Source: an uncultured Clostridia bacterium (GTDB taxonomy: Bacteria > Bacillota > Clostridia > Christensenellales > UBA1242). Taken from it: a DNA stretch of 64,000 bases. Below the pieces are notes generated by a model that made no database searches, was not told the DNA's origin, and worked only from the letters and a program-made list of their open reading frames with translations. The translations under genes and the position numbers were made by a program. Positions 47,701 through 49,858 of the stretch are shown piece by piece; positions within the stretch are counted from its first letter, which is position 1, and each line of letters opens with the position of its first letter. Location of the stretch: assembly GCA_945928645.1 (NCBI GenBank), contig CAMENR010000003.1, positions 40 through 64,039 of the forward strand, written 5' to 3'.

Positions 47701-49858
47701 CATAATGGAACCCTTCTCCTTCCAAATTTTCAAAATTGAAATTAAAAGATTCTTTCAAGTCTTCTTCATTTATAGATGCAATATCCGAGCTAAGCCCCAC
47801 ATCAACAACACTTATCAATGTTTGTCTTGCAAATTTCTTGTAGTAAGCATAAAGAATAATTGCATTCTCTTCTGCAACATAACCAATGCTATCACTTCCA
47901 CCTACAAGCAAAGTATCCAAACCTTGCTCCAAAACTATTCCGTCTTGAGTCTTCAAACCAACCAAAATATAGCCATCTTGTTCTCTATTAAGGTTAGAAA
48001 CATCAGCCCATTCGCTAACTTTTTGCGAATAACCATTAGAAACACTACCCACTGTTGCTAGTTGTGTCCCGTTTATTCCACTGGTGTATATTTTTAGTTC
48101 TGTGGCACACTCTTCCCACACAGCGTAAAGGTCAATGCTTTGTTGATTTTTCAAAAATTCCTTTGATATAGACACTTTGCCATTGCCGGCAGAGCCAATA
48201 GATATATAATCCTTGCCAAACACAGGATTGGTTGGTTCTCCGTTTTCTACCATAGGATCAACAGATGTCCAACCTACCAAATCATGATTCTTAAGAGATT
48301 CCTTGTCTGTGATGGTTGACATACCAGCAAGTGCTGGATAAGTTGGCAAAACATATTCTGTGCCATACTTTCTTGCAACAACAGCGACCTCATCTTGATA
48401 TTCCACTACATCTTCACTTACTGGATGCGAAGCAAAATATTTGTTTTTGCTATTTTTGTTGGTATGTAGCCTTATTTCAACATTCTTTGCAGAGTAATTT
48501 GCCACCAAGCAACTATCTCCAGCAGGAGTATCAATCTGTGAATTCAAGGAAAGCCTATTCCCTTCGCCACCAAACGATACCAATTCGTAATAATTATGGA
48601 TAAACTGTATGTAATCCGCCTTAGAAATATCTGACGATGCTTGTTCAACCTGCCCTGTAGTTATATCTATTTTTGAAACCAGAGATAAGTCGTCATAATA
48701 TTTGCAATCCAAATCAGAAATTTTTTCTGAAACAGTTGAAAGGTCGATTTGTTCCCCCCAATATTTTGTTGTTATTTCAAACAAAAACAAGTTGGAACCA
48801 TCGCCATCAAAATCATTTTGAGCATAAAATTTTGTTGTAACATCACCAAGAGTGTAACCAGCATAAAGAGTAATGTTATCTTTCAAAACAAAAGGAGAGT
48901 AAGGTTGAGTCCTTTCTTCATCCAAATACCACCCTTCAAATTTTGCCAAAAGTTGAGTTGAGCCATCATATCTAACCGACACAACATCTTCCAACCCCTC
49001 GGCAACTACTACTTCTCCCTCTGTGTATGTTTTGGTCGCAACAGGTTCAAAAGGTCCTGTTACAAATTGAACATCAAATGTCTTCTTTTTGCCACCAAAC
49101 AATATTCCAAGCCCAAGACTAAGCAAAAGAACACCAGCAACGATGGAACTAATTATCACTGCCATTTTCTTTTTCTTAGGTCTTTTGCCATTTAGCAAAA
49201 CGCCTGCCTTTTCTTTGGCTTTATCTTCTACAGCACTTTCAACAGTTTTAGAATCAACACCGTTGCCTTGTCCATTCTGCTGAACACCCCCTTGTGCATT
49301 TTGGCTTCCCATTGGTTGCCCATTTTGAACCCCAAATCTATTTGCATTGATATTTTGCCCCTGCAAATTTTGTGGGACATTTGGCCTTTGCATTTGTCCT
49401 TGGCTAAATTGAGGAGGAATATTTTGCCTTTGTCCAGCACCCTGCATAATTTGTCCATTTGGCATCTGTGGTCTATTAGAATTATTTTGTCCCATTGGCA
49501 TTTGAGGTCTATTAGACACATTGCCATTTTGTCCCATTGGAGAATTTGGCATATTAGGGACCCCACCTCCCTGACCTGCAGGTCTTGGAGGAGTATTCTG
49601 CATATATGGGTTTTGCCCAACAGGCCTTGAAGGTTGCTGTCCATTCATTTGCGCTGGACGTTGCACAAAGTTAGGATTGCCATTTTGCACCCTTCCTTGT
49701 GGGACACTTCCATTGTTTGATACCACACGAGAAGTATTGCCTTGCCCATTAGGCGCAAAAGAGCCTGATGCATTGTTTGCACCATTTTGAACTCTCTTTT
49801 GACCATTTGGTCCAAAGCCATTATTTCCATTTCCAGCTCCAAATAAATTTTTATCCAT
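17150..49858 (-). CDS. Giant (10,902 aa) N-terminally membrane-anchored surface protein: Flg_new (Listeria-Bacteroides) repeat arrays + 7 PMP-repeat beta-helix modules + 1 BspA-type LRR domain
   Basis: AAGGAG-N7-ATG start and TAA stop, with no in-frame stop for 10,902 codons, while all other frames of the interval give only short ORFs. Recurrent ...G(Y/F)xFxGW...(L/F)YA(I/V)W units and GGA(I/V)Y / NGGG(I/V)Y repeats. See the sub-features below. Confidence 0.95.
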   Translation of the reverse strand: MDKNLFGAGNGNNGFGPNGQKRVQNGANNASGSFAPNGQGNTSRVVSNNGSVPQGRVQNGNPNFVQRPAQMNGQQPSRPVGQNPYMQNTPPRPAGQGGGVPNMPNSPMGQNGNVSNRPQMPMGQNNSNRPQMPNGQIMQGAGQRQNIPPQFSQGQMQRPNVPQNLQGQNINANRFGVQNGQPMGSQNAQGGVQQNGQGNGVDSKTVESAVEDKAKEKAGVLLNGKRPKKKKMAVIISSIVAGVLLLSLGLGILFGGKKKTFDVQFVTGPFEPVATKTYTEGEVVVAEGLEDVVSVRYDGSTQLLAKFEGWYLDEERTQPYSPFVLKDNITLYAGYTLGDVTTKFYAQNDFDGDGSNLFLFEITTKYWGEQIDLSTVSEKISDLDCKYYDDLSLVSKIDITTGQVEQASSDISKADYIQFIHNYYELVSFGGEGNRLSLNSQIDTPAGDSCLVANYSAKNVEIRLHTNKNSKNKYFASHPVSEDVVEYQDEVAVVARKYGTEYVLPTYPALAGMSTITDKESLKNHDLVGWTSVDPMVENGEPTNPVFGKDYISIGSAGNGKVSISKEFLKNQQSIDLYAVWEECATELKIYTSGINGTQLATVGSVSNGYSQKVSEWADVSNLNREQDGYILVGLKTQDGIVLEQGLDTLLVGGSDSIGYVAEENAIILYAYYKKFARQTLISVVDVGLSSDIASINEEDLKESFNFNFENLEGEGFHYDESRIDVYFDSDSRQIVITNLIEGTKFNLPTESVLYRANYNLNGFRFAGEIISQGEQIEISAGNISLGTGVVTLVAVWQGKMTQVPIGLDYNEVSDSWEEEVIQIEYGSSMAMLCNTTKNGAITSISFNFYSNGQSILLDKIEKTKEGFDFVGWTNRNGELYQDSDLQNIIINSNFGGLCAKWQVYTYNVTFALAGGNVEGNENTISLVAKHGEEVSLQLGQVKEGYLFDGWTSDSVTYNYDQQNFVATKDITLIAKWVKQKSVTLYAEATKMLESSTKIYSDRAGDIVINGSELSQIMSGVAGFSDDVRFNAFNTMADGSGLRVEAKEEKQNYIDLFGSQENVDLFAMWFVINFSGSKSGENYNIAGSVPATRELTYGATVTLPTKEEISLYSDKKIYQFDGWRVAGNGGESKVQTLVANEANTSYAFTKDNIGKTISAVADWKLRDVRLEVYDDNNVRVFQKTLAYNSTDRLVQITSLPQKALHQLDYLRSKDNYAYFDVSGVFVVEVPQLVENYSISFNEILIDSVKAEYEFVYKLTPVWKYTVAVYENIGSDSDTVYEYVGAEHSSADSNGKIAISQVGNNLFTLKTGDEYGFSCTHKTFSRWSTNSAGTDNVSGIIILEGDITYYAIWVGAEIVVKYVDNMGSNTHSDMVVAYGDSFTFDATAYNQTEVSKVENGEKTYWVLKSFVYSYGDKTYSIEFDKNIVLLSNANGGIFDEEDLNNGEITINALWAVKTYNLQVELEGGTWDNSKASESLSSYGFDYGVQNTLVRPVTYAEVKAGIEIMSASGYVREGYRFAQYKTLTGNVAYDSSNDTYTYSYSGTVDEFNANQDVLSIVWQEIFSIRFDLNGGSFVGDENAFVTLSQDVTKTANTMQDYASNFEIPYRRFAREGATFVGWWFEQDPTELKEASENFDTWWGTYGESSGSGERTTEFLATGDKFSLCREDVQRYLTSSNTVTLYAIWQSTITFSADRLPQGVNIKSLSCPDGEITIPEEYASITSNWKPKMQFYCGEIVDFSQYSFNLIESNFAFDNWTNPLGKPYTVVQIAEDITLLGTWYSTNFTIEVRNHLGEKFASNITGMQVTAGQNLTYDQICNFFNNATSSLSEVNKDGEPYLFGYEFKGWVAGAVGDTGYDGSYEIITVGGAYVVPKIATNLCAVFAPAEVKVLLHKNNNSAIGSTPQTLSVVPKYGETVEITANPYNLAGYYINGWMIAPAGEAVLTSLQMLKQNGVVEQVNKSGKREYVINLYAHWELNVATITINLGEGGVFYNNGVNGTELPLYVENTDANPTNIQRYEQVGNLLKVYVYVGKSFVLPNGNYISRPGYELKDYKMGTEIKPAGSTEMCQTAEPLRYIANYNEVIEIRVYNGIDDSYQSVAFVTYGNNVLFEKEQGAEGYRYKVGGGYVDFEREHYSLNGYKSLSSNALFSYANDGVSVALTGEFFNVDRSAKVAYLYCDWLGDEVTFDFYMSRNKYNIGEKESSDIVNFGQRVDLSKYFYTFSDDEEFLGYRFDHFVLDNAEGEMTFDKNNSIFDMSSFGYSNTYVFYGVWKPTDFAVKVRFNDTTFSGQFNGENYENVSEIVFRVEYGSDVNLSEISLSSLIHKDDIGATNPVMKAIYYQTNVMLAENEKGTYNLKQNQFRMPSKDIELSIVWQSREVKIVVDPTGSLISEGESIRYTTNLEGFDSANMKVNELGRLVVSGYKLGDSVVLREYPKLEITGKHYNYYLLINYAGKSGTTPENYIYLSTEGYIISRDTEVGSINFDNLYVEDSSGGHFEIWISLLWENNNYVVNYQSGKEALPSTDNGYTVNASGNISGYFGSQTMRCYETSMLADQLSLDGWTHIGWSTEKLVANQVRGEGGNVYEFQYEEIKDESGNAIIDPDTNQPAIIVKVPQGVFNFTFEQDGKVDLWPVWVQNDVKLAFTDSFGVISGEKTVKYDSEVTFGSFFEESAFQSYFDGTYIYEFDGFAHNSRVISKDYSVKISKTNNLFVSADFDEEQITFVSTWKEKSYSLKLELLGGEYLGDKTSDFEYNYARESETDSYTFNITFDTLYSSLKAGLDISTKNIDTTKILKDGKTLAGWSMSKGGDINLVPIENSGDMVSYVLANAEDIQSTSQFVLYAVYNDVLVVIDGCGGKVKDSFVEGEYNSLTWTTNEDRTQLITWTTEFKQINIPAEVFANFERDNYSAINSAVVDSLDRHFEVEWQGDEVLLVFDTKGGSVNRDINFNNFVSNVGLGETEYNSKIAVKVRYGQKILASDLLLVTATSSETFGGWENENGTIIYSQNDFEINQAGTFVVYAIWSQAKAYFVLNGGRYGPGEGSLEIEARPLVSNGDSYQVALPSAKSETTNADLGPTKVGYTFIGWTSQYKDYADFVANSGSTDNLYCPSYSGTSDITVTELANENITFYAIWRPHKFVFTFYSKEITGTQSYGDPVTMEVAYGEALQFPQSIEGWNRANYTHVGYQIRPSVGSGLTGVIEYDLGYNFVILEGEEYDLEKIADIRDGATVSVYAIWQTNIVTVKINLGKENARYIGSDSKFKLVKEDNVAYLLNDTDYHYGENFALPSFDDLYCDDYLVSSYKYNTTTYTRPTSIPLNKDVVEVLVNWGKACAYIKDFFSTGYHKYYASIDMAIRDAMAGTSKNSASHATSADGAVVVLQNNERQQSLSAKVEIPAGQKLTIMLSDSDMKVVRARAFNESLFDIKGTLVISGGDLTKLTIGEESTNTTNKQVLLSVAGGTLEINNNVLFTAIVNTVGGYGSVISAKNSTIILDNVTFENCFNTSRTVEQLYGGAIYAENSTTTINYANFDNCYVSGVNGFGGAIAVVGGEFNLSGGAFVENEVNCSGNAYGGAVYATGAEINIVCVDRGLEWTSNQAKIGGAIALQNCMDVNNKIAGTGALSVGFNQNRATQGNGGALYIERSELKLNYCSFVANMAQSGNGGAVFVGDNSLLNAVYSKFISGNTAQNGGAVAVVGYIKDNAHNLASCYFESNIAQEAGGGLFISGNEVLVTVSKTTFSKNSSQIGGGVAVIDLARIYVNNDISFVPADELEWVSISENSANKGAGIYIAGSPSSASIIRYAYISSNIANDDQGESFGGGVCVNTGLAKLENSAIYDNYATYGGALYVEGKCELDNVSTSAYRWIYEGGVLKTIIGYAVKISDNGKMVNYYEVDQFGVSTGNPILLQVESQSGNYVDMDGNIVTSSTENYEKYYYIVSNESSDDYSYHYLSNGQEFNMDDVLPANIPAISKKAGNTAVVGGALYVATSGECIWKNSDIEGNVADDYATIYNLGSTTVQGIRAKENIKSSTSSSNQGSTIFNGNSFTILGENYFGSSEMFFVNYINEEGAPSTFNNLIVKARLISGSNYEYFTNSGEQIMIAFEKDTNDITAQLGKRVVAYVEYSSEKWASLEEVFVACDSINYLFAKEEYPSTNIVLYFQDYTLTLCDLSQESFGESEFKFKYNANVAESGMADLIATRTPSKFDYEFVGWVYYDKINSARLEIDGLLDIYQEMQNPGGEYSDMFKFALHSNGDSEEATSDWFRVENAKFLAGNIYLYAVWKPVKYTVSYKYDTLYGGRLISGYTIGGVPASNLRISFDLVDGEYGKITLPSLSEVNKLEAVQIVSLSEVNYNGALIDSVVYDGKTFVRSDSAVNRLNFDEKTGLYSFEDNGQKYYVEPSRKTAFVRFDEATNGKISAISDEEDSYFYPQSILVGEQEVDVVESNGQYYFDFGGKTWLVRAVNRPDGFRFKNFSFNGNSYGAGEVFDMTTTNLATVVSRNIVFDVVFEAIEKDVKIESNWDAPKKDTTDNVIINKYVGETITLPSATESIFYDGEEVLFARPGYSLVGFSFDKTSTEPEYLPKDIVEVTMKKDFILYAIWKESCCYVENGAQFNGKNVNIYYTTLEKAIDDITSGKVKAFDGRYKVVVTADCQVNNTIQISKNVVIVSNGAYTISAGEEMSGNLFVVNGGVTLTMGNIASDGVVTTLSVKGKTSGMNSLVKVSTSGNFVANEGLRLYDNYALAGGGIYVEGNATLANFDVKNLSAENGGVLYVATYGKVIINGTKFASSGSVFANNYGGAIYADNKSTVDISYAKFEGTQAKNGGAIFVAKEAKLTIVETEFSNCSAQENGGAVYYAGTVELSNKNTFTSNSAKYYGGAVYGEESVVVSSADITFTSNIATIGGAVYAKGNLSVYNGIFTSNSAIGQGTMLKAQGGAISAGAKVTVTGGTFTSNFANNYGGAVAISKGGEIFGGQFTGNYTLSPSGAMTYGGAVYVDGSDGVSIYGDAVFSENGYYIPSRVVNISTTYGGAIAVCGSATLQLGVGISGNMAKNGGAVAVCENASLSLMKTEDSNPLEFSSNKVANAGGALYIGDNATFDNSKKPFVATNNTASFGGGIYISSTVSTNLYYSSVVGNNAGGSDDIYNGILTLGADVYVGKTGTANLAGITVGSESLTGYPYSVYIDNGGLLNVASSNLYGSVLVKGNEANKGLNLLSGVSSGKFLAKVYLLKRARIYVESSLYNIEKILIECVNDDQGSTPTDDDSLKALIENWIVAQFIDISSRKASMELFALDNVDGYCLFGEENYLKIGKIADKIFIDTNGKLIEYNGEEIKGVFDISLTDKKDFSFLNDILGKAFGYSLQDSFIVSNENSDYNGMSFSSQNKNLPVEELTLVAQWTEVQFGINILYQKNNSSGGLSTTIFNKSTVQVSTTVELDATDLINNPLKYHHFSAWELAYAVEDNTEGSVKLGKTSYIRTGVKLIPDPMGKVTFSIYNSPLNFDIITEYGQTVGDTEYSWFDAYSAICRGHQNDSGSYLDKYSIFFVACWDPNLVTIKVYEGEGSANESQSSSFEIAERFEEDENGTVVAGWKYVLKQGDILFKLQEMTKDFSKYNNAITDVYVGRNTSGTTYPVYWSYNIEEATTLEFECIWKEVVAYADRKAVTGGETTRVYYYSIEGEDGVFNSDGVANCEEGDELVFVNANINIYKTYKFNGKVSISSVYKTTFVRNETFAGNMFEFAGDITLSNIIIDGNKLQIRANSSAVYVKNGTLNIGEEVYIQNNYAENGAGVLADGKLILNGAILSENEAGNFGGAIVARGGLEIYSATISGNSALYGGAIYIGSNTCVISGGEISDNTATNGGGIWFGGGVLDITNCRLSGNEASTYGGGLYLALDCGRATIGQGVEIINNSAQKGGGVYYDGDSDLGVSEGNVIIDGAMINNNTATYGGGVCIGDTAGTASKQIIVLLSGEISDNTATYGGGVYVVRGTLNIKGGTIAQNESNEMFIGSNAKDIFGKVIISNGTINIGLQGSLVVVSGYGLLDFAGSSTFSSIIKLEGSNSRFAISKPFSNDNLIRVQIDEANYPKNITESVEIATYDNQAVDGVKNFDVVDDKINDYRIKALEGKIYIVQGYFTLTLDPAGGKISGNGSYIVENTLWHKEVKYRTNILSMFIDNSISCVKENYDFVCWTYVDENGEVQDVTTLTTMPRHDEVLRAKYTEEYRLLTIELGGATFEVNDEFKDLWNVTTVSGKADKASIKVSVNNQEYAGRVLSSAKDALSKTYYNFAGFECSQLNTNLSLSAENVWKTSDNTPFVMPSDNVVLRPIWQAKEYTVKYVSNLVEGSTTITEGSQTRQFHFDSYEWLEEVFVADGWNVVQWKDERGNLYAVDQKVINLPKDILTGFDPDNIQENIEITLEAVWQANNYQVELVMNIAGRQDVEVINAVFDQEFTLVSSFAVSGKHIVSWNTTSTLDGESYANGAVVKNLASSGKITLYAEWEDDNWTAIFHNATGGVARQVEYNYSSKAYAPTLEELGLQKQAHFAGWAYENSPETSKKVADGGEVENVLGENVVHLYPIWQNYVLTVTNAIANESFYITADDMGKTNISAQVINENFAFAGFTPVAVTDTVSGGNRVVLSDSTEIALSADKEVFVEWKAKEITVNIVDGNTLLWTGKVVASDIPATNTTITLPTSSELSELCGKIAYGYTFAKQNVTKDFAMGEDFSISSETLQNVMNLADNGEQKINIYPIFVDSYNLVYNLNNDSHNVLLATENGFDSNGTKVMPTALSEKGELLFADFEIADANYTDSNSRYAKFLGWSTDQNATTPEWSADGLREAQFAGEVTLYAVWKDWTNPFLLEVSNGYVTGLSSLGVSRITGDIIVPSHTLIVNDGVVEVGDVIVGIGPFAQDYANIKTIDLSLSSVENISSLAFEKLSNLTAVYNIPAITNVEYGAFACSSIQTVTFAQNSNYTLDNAGNIYLAIEVKTLLHTYFAKDSYVSVDNVSGILPLAFAGSVAQIVEVNDGIRQYEGCFAMMDNLQTLVLKTVGDNAVDGSGLGNNFTYKDNIFEPANSYNVTLLGNSNTVPAHAFENCSKLKYVVFENEIKEVGEASFRNCAQFTIMGKTGELVFENLEVVGKNAFENCKALPQKISLSSATRIGGESFKSTNIEYVALSKDVVSLGSENNAFVQSNLSSARVYSKIAFEAVVNQTKITPRGTGVSAQGMIITNITFYNQLKSDSNSERYLSYNIVVEDMIDVYAQNGNLLGQYSSIAMALEDCVGGETIVINDDLVIFETITINKPVNIVSGKEEGITLQRAENLSTWVFDIEGKDVIFGGESPYAKGNIIVAGTENDSNTSLFCISENGILTLSGLTITGNKGANGGAISIFEGQLNLVNSEITSCYAVGTDGKGGAIYAIGTAVVSVENSKIIDCKATEGGAIYVHEEAKVVITGSELTSNEATNGGAIYVESNMDNTYYVEIYNSTLKENTAQNGGAVYVNCGLVEVDQGSLFVSNTASERGGAIYIGSKVEGGANRSGQVDIYNGYIGQGEDSSLANSAKYGGGIFVGERGIVRMLKSEYGSAIVSGNLAEYGAGLYYASNNINTNTSWLGYGQITLSTASIRGGGVYVESGRLDISSEFSINGNSAVEGGGLYICANSIVYLQQGAVVSNNSATNGAGVYLCGTLKLYDASITSNTAELGGGVLIDGGKLFATHSLSSIAGNTATINGGGVYMGQLNATADGEVELSGGATIDANTANENGGGLYAMNGKITLRDGNISNNVSHGQGGGVYATGNNLSFEIYDDIERKGLENAGSTIANNSAVVGGGIYVGKVLYMYGGKVFGNTATTSEGKGGAIFISSGAIARIFGGEISGNGANYTEGDNVVSNEDVGGIYVQGAKKLNTATGIEEAVESNSLYISNSAKILDRVFLSTKSILNITDMFVAEEHSKIYLVLEQVFGDNEQIKVATFAQEKFASAGKLDSDIIVFTRRGKDIYAMAGIIRSLKADENGKFKMYASINDAIEQAPSNETAYFGLFNRQVVNYNNTIYVEENKDIVIVDCRENADGAVVLRDGSYQDFMFVIRGTLELTYLSQYDIDSKGLKLTDSDSCKPFIIEGNKDTLVNTSMFYIDGGTLKLTNGTTVQKTKANLSSTDNVFSVSGLNVNELKCGGAIWLKNGSVILDNSTIIDSQATLNGGAIYQENGTIEISNNSTIQNCSATNGLGGAIYSVGGSIVIDENSIISQNNAKKGGAICVENGGQLKASGVVFEGNSSIEDGGALDLNSTPKADKTNNYEIIGCTFSNNSAKNGGAICVENGKLSIHSNTSFQNNNATMYGGAIAVTKEAEVESRGITFQSNYAENGGACYFDSNGEVTISSTIFIGNGIRSYESALYGGAIYVASGNINLNDGCVISENKAINGGGVYISAGTLTVNDCSFRDNQSTQGGAILSCGSLNIVGKNKFESNKAVMIGSNNAVGGGAIAVREGNTTININSLNNTYSTFSENSSDAVGGAIYVVGGNVSLVLGELRENSASAKGDGGAIYTQGGYTTLYGTVIEGNTLVSGEKNGAGLSVAGGVLELKDYNNEKSIVLNNGINATITLSNESESEVSGPEGLIVKSGLVLSGEIDSLDDGILLLNNKSFINVKDDPSGDVNSGFRSKTNKEEFRGKRFFKRISLFLEEGVFAEGDKILQFVRSEYVDSVDGKGYINYFNLDLNSGFGLKAVGNEVVLRTQVFQVYGKNSSGIEQYAESDTLDGAINDMQSMALYTYDKYLILADNCNYAISKTVEFSGLKGVVISAKTGGVTFNANIRENLFQLDSGSNITFGYDADFNSVYDLKGRGDVRIICSTDSEGSVFYVKDSTITLTSNLIITNATSSANGSVVNATNLSTVNIAGAELSGVEGRSSLDINEGVLGGIIYLVESSFTMESGAISNGVAGFGGGLYAKTSTVNISGGTITDNIADYGGGLYLDSDCKVEITQDIAISNNIATENGGGIFVNAKEFERKEVNGIVSYVDNYKNVEFTFAGGVVSENSAKNGGGVYINGLRQKKERKNDIDIVVKISANFEGGQISSNTASENGAGIYLCDTIATFNGVGEEYLKLYSNSATGKGGGIFVDSKSQITVFMLQVGEESDSTLANTAGEKGAGIYLSEQGHTIALTLDSDEEYLSENIKIYNTLYLERTVTESGMKSLALININKPYEPGNKQISVSCDYMATDYGQKVARYVDVELSKYNLLEDIFKGEDPNGEEYCFIIMADSSGAFIIIAERNIYNNTIKRFYQDITSAISGATGKAVNQELYLLNNVSADSKITTVKNTITIKSAEIASKIEGVGYEFDVNVEPYTIELDMSYDWLNVKSGGIEFNNVNISGTTKNIFNISTGANVKLSKVNICNEAGDPSQLAVATISGGKLEANNIKIQNIDSGNKNLFTVIDCNSSASSLLGSAGTTSTGLSITSSTITYVKTTSGSVISATNSPVALSGITLSKISATNALDFSDNSNVSITDCTITEWSNPENKDEQSTFTSAVIKVVYSTVNITSTSITNNKSTNYILYIAEGSEDNVVTFGENVNIKNNTSDSTIYLASGNLTIPSTVTISDNTATNGGAVNVAGGTLKLGKGLTISKNTATNGGALYVGGGEVEFEKDIKISNNTATSNGGGIYITGESTATSNAGGIYITEESTLKLGDNLSISDNTASEAGGALYVSGGKVTFGNDITISSNHSIKGSGIALTENGELNFAGNNTNINSNTGIEGKESLGGGLYIGSSKVYSGDTPLILDSKINISSNTATNGGGIYITGESALKLSGGYVGDNTATNGGGVCITENASFTLSSGSIRNNTATTKGGGVFVEVNGFFTMEDGSIGGTSEKGNGLSAFKDSFGNTATDGGGIYANLSFSSSKCNVALTGGVVSFNEANNGGGIYLVGADSDNAMTIDTVIQNNLANSGGGVYIGSNKVVLSYIELCYNDATVNGGGIYVNGSSTLTINNGVIGYKAYAGLGIEGTLFDGKPTAPTVTLTSKKGFSYKAYVLAEDNSCLVKNENRLSANYAENGGGIYIAGGGILNINGGLFAYNCATDGGVIYAKGKVVISENSESAVNYGTQEATSNNVNSFGDAIVFRNNYATNGGAIYTSEDSILNIEYTGDESSYQLNGPNLEGKGVVFVSNSAENGGAVYNNSGNATITKVLFGKRLTGVVNKGISNIATGNGGAIYNNGTLTINGGTVFENRATNGGGIYVNGGILTLTDVTIQQNSATSGGGIYANGGVSNISATIEGNIATNGGGIYVNGGTVNFNSGEIKRHIDNKITNGGGVYVGGGTFNLAGGVIGDSKKESVATAENNSNKAQNGGGVYVGSGTFTMKESGTIAFNYATNDGGGVYVASGTTFYILGGTIKYNGAGNVGGGMYIGGTVTDQKDGESSTKYSIANNKAGSGGGVYLNGTWSISTCSNDRAISGNTATSNGGGMYINASDKTINSYFTGNTANNGGAIYSAVKFTFTGEAVENTATTNGGAICNDGAGTSISGTIYGNTADSNGGGVYSTTSLTISGTISSNTATNGDGGGVYCAGGTISGTVGENNKAKNGGGVYSAGGLTVSGTVYKNIATSNGGGVYVDGKFTASGGTVSENTASGKGGGVYMSGGDSRKITLSGGAIIASNTGAHADNGEAICKDFGYDVKYNGDNGRTNGIYVNGNLGTLKLSDKTNKLCANGEGDYSSNNFAIVVTGTLSTLTINSGYIAGAVWFGYHTLKTGLASEGKIKGNVNIYPNNYLKYYYNRACYGTVYDYSIEWRYTNFLWWETWYTQTWTNIQYYHISTIVCNGSVEQSTTNNKIGFFDYTQTEGTCDSKVFGKTVLKYYYAVDNSVKASLANWGGKTSSSSWPSYTANNYSSPGKTRNFKTLRTYDKTF
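17700..22040 (-). repeat. Beta-helix module 7 (largest)
   Basis: I count about 35 N(T/S)A..NGGG(I/V)Y-type repeats. The cap is FYQDITSAISGATGKAVNQELYLLNN (~22000). A first part with few GG motifs (SGGKLEANNIKIQN...) is followed by dense ATNGGGIY / AxNGGGVY repeats down to ~17900. Confidence 0.7.
20817..20906 (-). repeat. 2 x 45-nt tandem duplication inside module 7 (TATSNGGGIYITGES / TATSNAGGIYITEES)
   Basis: 20817-20861 and 20862-20906 align with about 5 mismatches and are in frame (15 aa each). Confidence 0.8.
22050..23630 (-). repeat. Beta-helix module 6
   Basis: Cap IEQYAESDTLDGAINDMQSMALYTYDKYLILADN (~23600). Repeats include GFGGGLYA, DYGGGLYL, ENGGGIFV, KNGGGVYI, ENGAGIYL, GKGGGIFV. 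Confidence 0.65.
23640..25830 (-). repeat. Beta-helix module 5
   Basis: Cap FKMYASINDAIEQAPSNE (~25800). Repeats include CGGAIWL, LNGGAIYQ, GLGGAIYS, KKGGAICV, EDGGALDL, KNGGAICV, MYGGAIAV, ENGGACYF, LYGGAIYV, INGGGVYI, TQGGAILS. Confidence 0.7.
25850..28090 (-). repeat. Beta-helix module 4
   Basis: Cap IDVYAQNGNLLGQYSSIAMALEDCVGGETIVIND (~28060). Repeats include ANGGAISI, GKGGAIYA, TEGGAIYV, TNGGAIYV, QNGGAVYV, ERGGAIYI, KYGGGIFV, EYGAGLYY, IRGGGVYV, VEGGGLYI, TNGAGVYL, ELGGGVLI, INGGGVYM, ENGGGLYA, GQGGGVYA, VVGGGIYV, GKGGAIFI. Confidence 0.7.
28200..29290 (-). repeat. BspA-type leucine-rich repeat (LRR_5-like) domain, single occurrence
   Basis: ...IKTIDLSLSSVENISSLAFEKLSNLTAVYNIPAITNVEYGAFACSSIQTVTF..., VPAHAFENCSKLKYVVFENEIKEVGEASFRNCAQFTIMG..., LEVVGKNAFENCKALPQKISLSSATRIGGESFKSTNIEYVAL. 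This is the (A/S)F.(N/G)C..L..(I/V) pattern of PF13306. Confidence 0.7.
29290..31455 (-). repeat. Flg_new repeat stretch F3 (~720 aa)
   Basis: NYDFVCWTY, YYNFAGFEC, VVQWKDERGNLY, GKHIVSWNTTSTLDGESY, AHFAGWAYENSP, NFAFAGFTPV, AKFLGWSTDQNA, each followed by ...LYP(I)W / LYAVW / LEAVW. Confidence 0.65.
31455..32870 (-). repeat. Beta-helix module 3 (shortest)
   Basis: Cap TRVYYYSIEGEDGVFNSDG...ELVFVNANINIY. Repeats include ENGAGVLA, NFGGAIVA, LYGGAIYI, TNGGGIWF, TYGGGLYL, QKGGGVYY, TYGGGVCI, TYGGGVYV. The tail ends ...DYRIKALEGKIYIVQGY (~31455). Confidence 0.65.
33900..36010 (-). repeat. Beta-helix module 2
   Basis: Cap NVNIYYTTLEKAIDDITSGKVKAFDGRYKVVVTAD (~35990). Repeats include LAGGGIYV, ENGGVLYV, NYGGAIYA, KNGGAIFV, ENGGAVYY, YYGGAVYG, TIGGAVYA, AQGGAISA, NYGGAVAI, TYGGAVYV, TYGGAIAV, KNGGAVAV, NAGGALYI, SFGGGIYI. 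Confidence 0.7.
37350..39850 (-). repeat. Beta-helix module 1
   Basis: Cap GYHKYYASIDMAIRDAMAGTSKN (~39820). Repeats include LYGGAIYA, GFGGAIAV, AYGGAVYA, KIGGAIAL, GNGGALYI, GNGGAVFV, QNGGAVAV, EAGGGLFI, QIGGGVAV, SFGGGVCV, TYGGALYV, VVGGALYV, with FxxN-type spacers (FENC, FDNC, FVEN, FVAN, FESN, FSKN). Confidence 0.7.
39850..49080 (-). repeat. Membrane-proximal array of Listeria-Bacteroides (Flg_new, PF09479-like) repeat domains, ~3,070 aa
   Basis: At least ~25 clear units of ~70-90 aa, each ending in (I/L/F)(Y/F)A(I/V/H)W. Examples: FEGWYLDEE...LYAGY, LVGWTSVDP...LYAVW, FDFVGWTNRNGELY...CAKW, EGYLFDGWTSDS...LIAKW, YQFDGWRVAG, ATFVGWWFEQ...LYAIW, GYEFKGWVAG, VGYTFIGWTSQY...FYAIW. Confidence 0.75.
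49094..49165 (-). other. Single TM helix / signal anchor of the giant protein (aa ~232-255)
   Basis: KRPKKKKMAVIISSIVAGVLLLSLGLGILFGGKKK: the positive-inside rule places the N-terminus in the cytoplasm. No AxA-type cleavage site is obvious. Confidence 0.75.
49169..49858 (-). other. N-terminal ~230-aa Q/N/G/P/M-rich low-complexity (predicted disordered, cytoplasmic) region
   Basis: MDKNLFGAGNGNNGFGPNGQ...SNRPQMPMGQNNSNRPQMPNGQIMQGAGQRQNIPPQFSQGQMQRPNVPQNLQGQN.... It includes a 36-nt (12-aa) imperfect tandem repeat at 49451-49516. Confidence 0.8.

Noticed and set aside
48754-48759. C6 (G6 on the coding strand) homopolymer near the 5' end of the giant gene as a slipped-strand phase-variation switch.
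   Set aside because: Six residues is shorter than tracts known to phase-vary efficiently. I saw no longer G/C tract or short tandem repeat in the 5' region.
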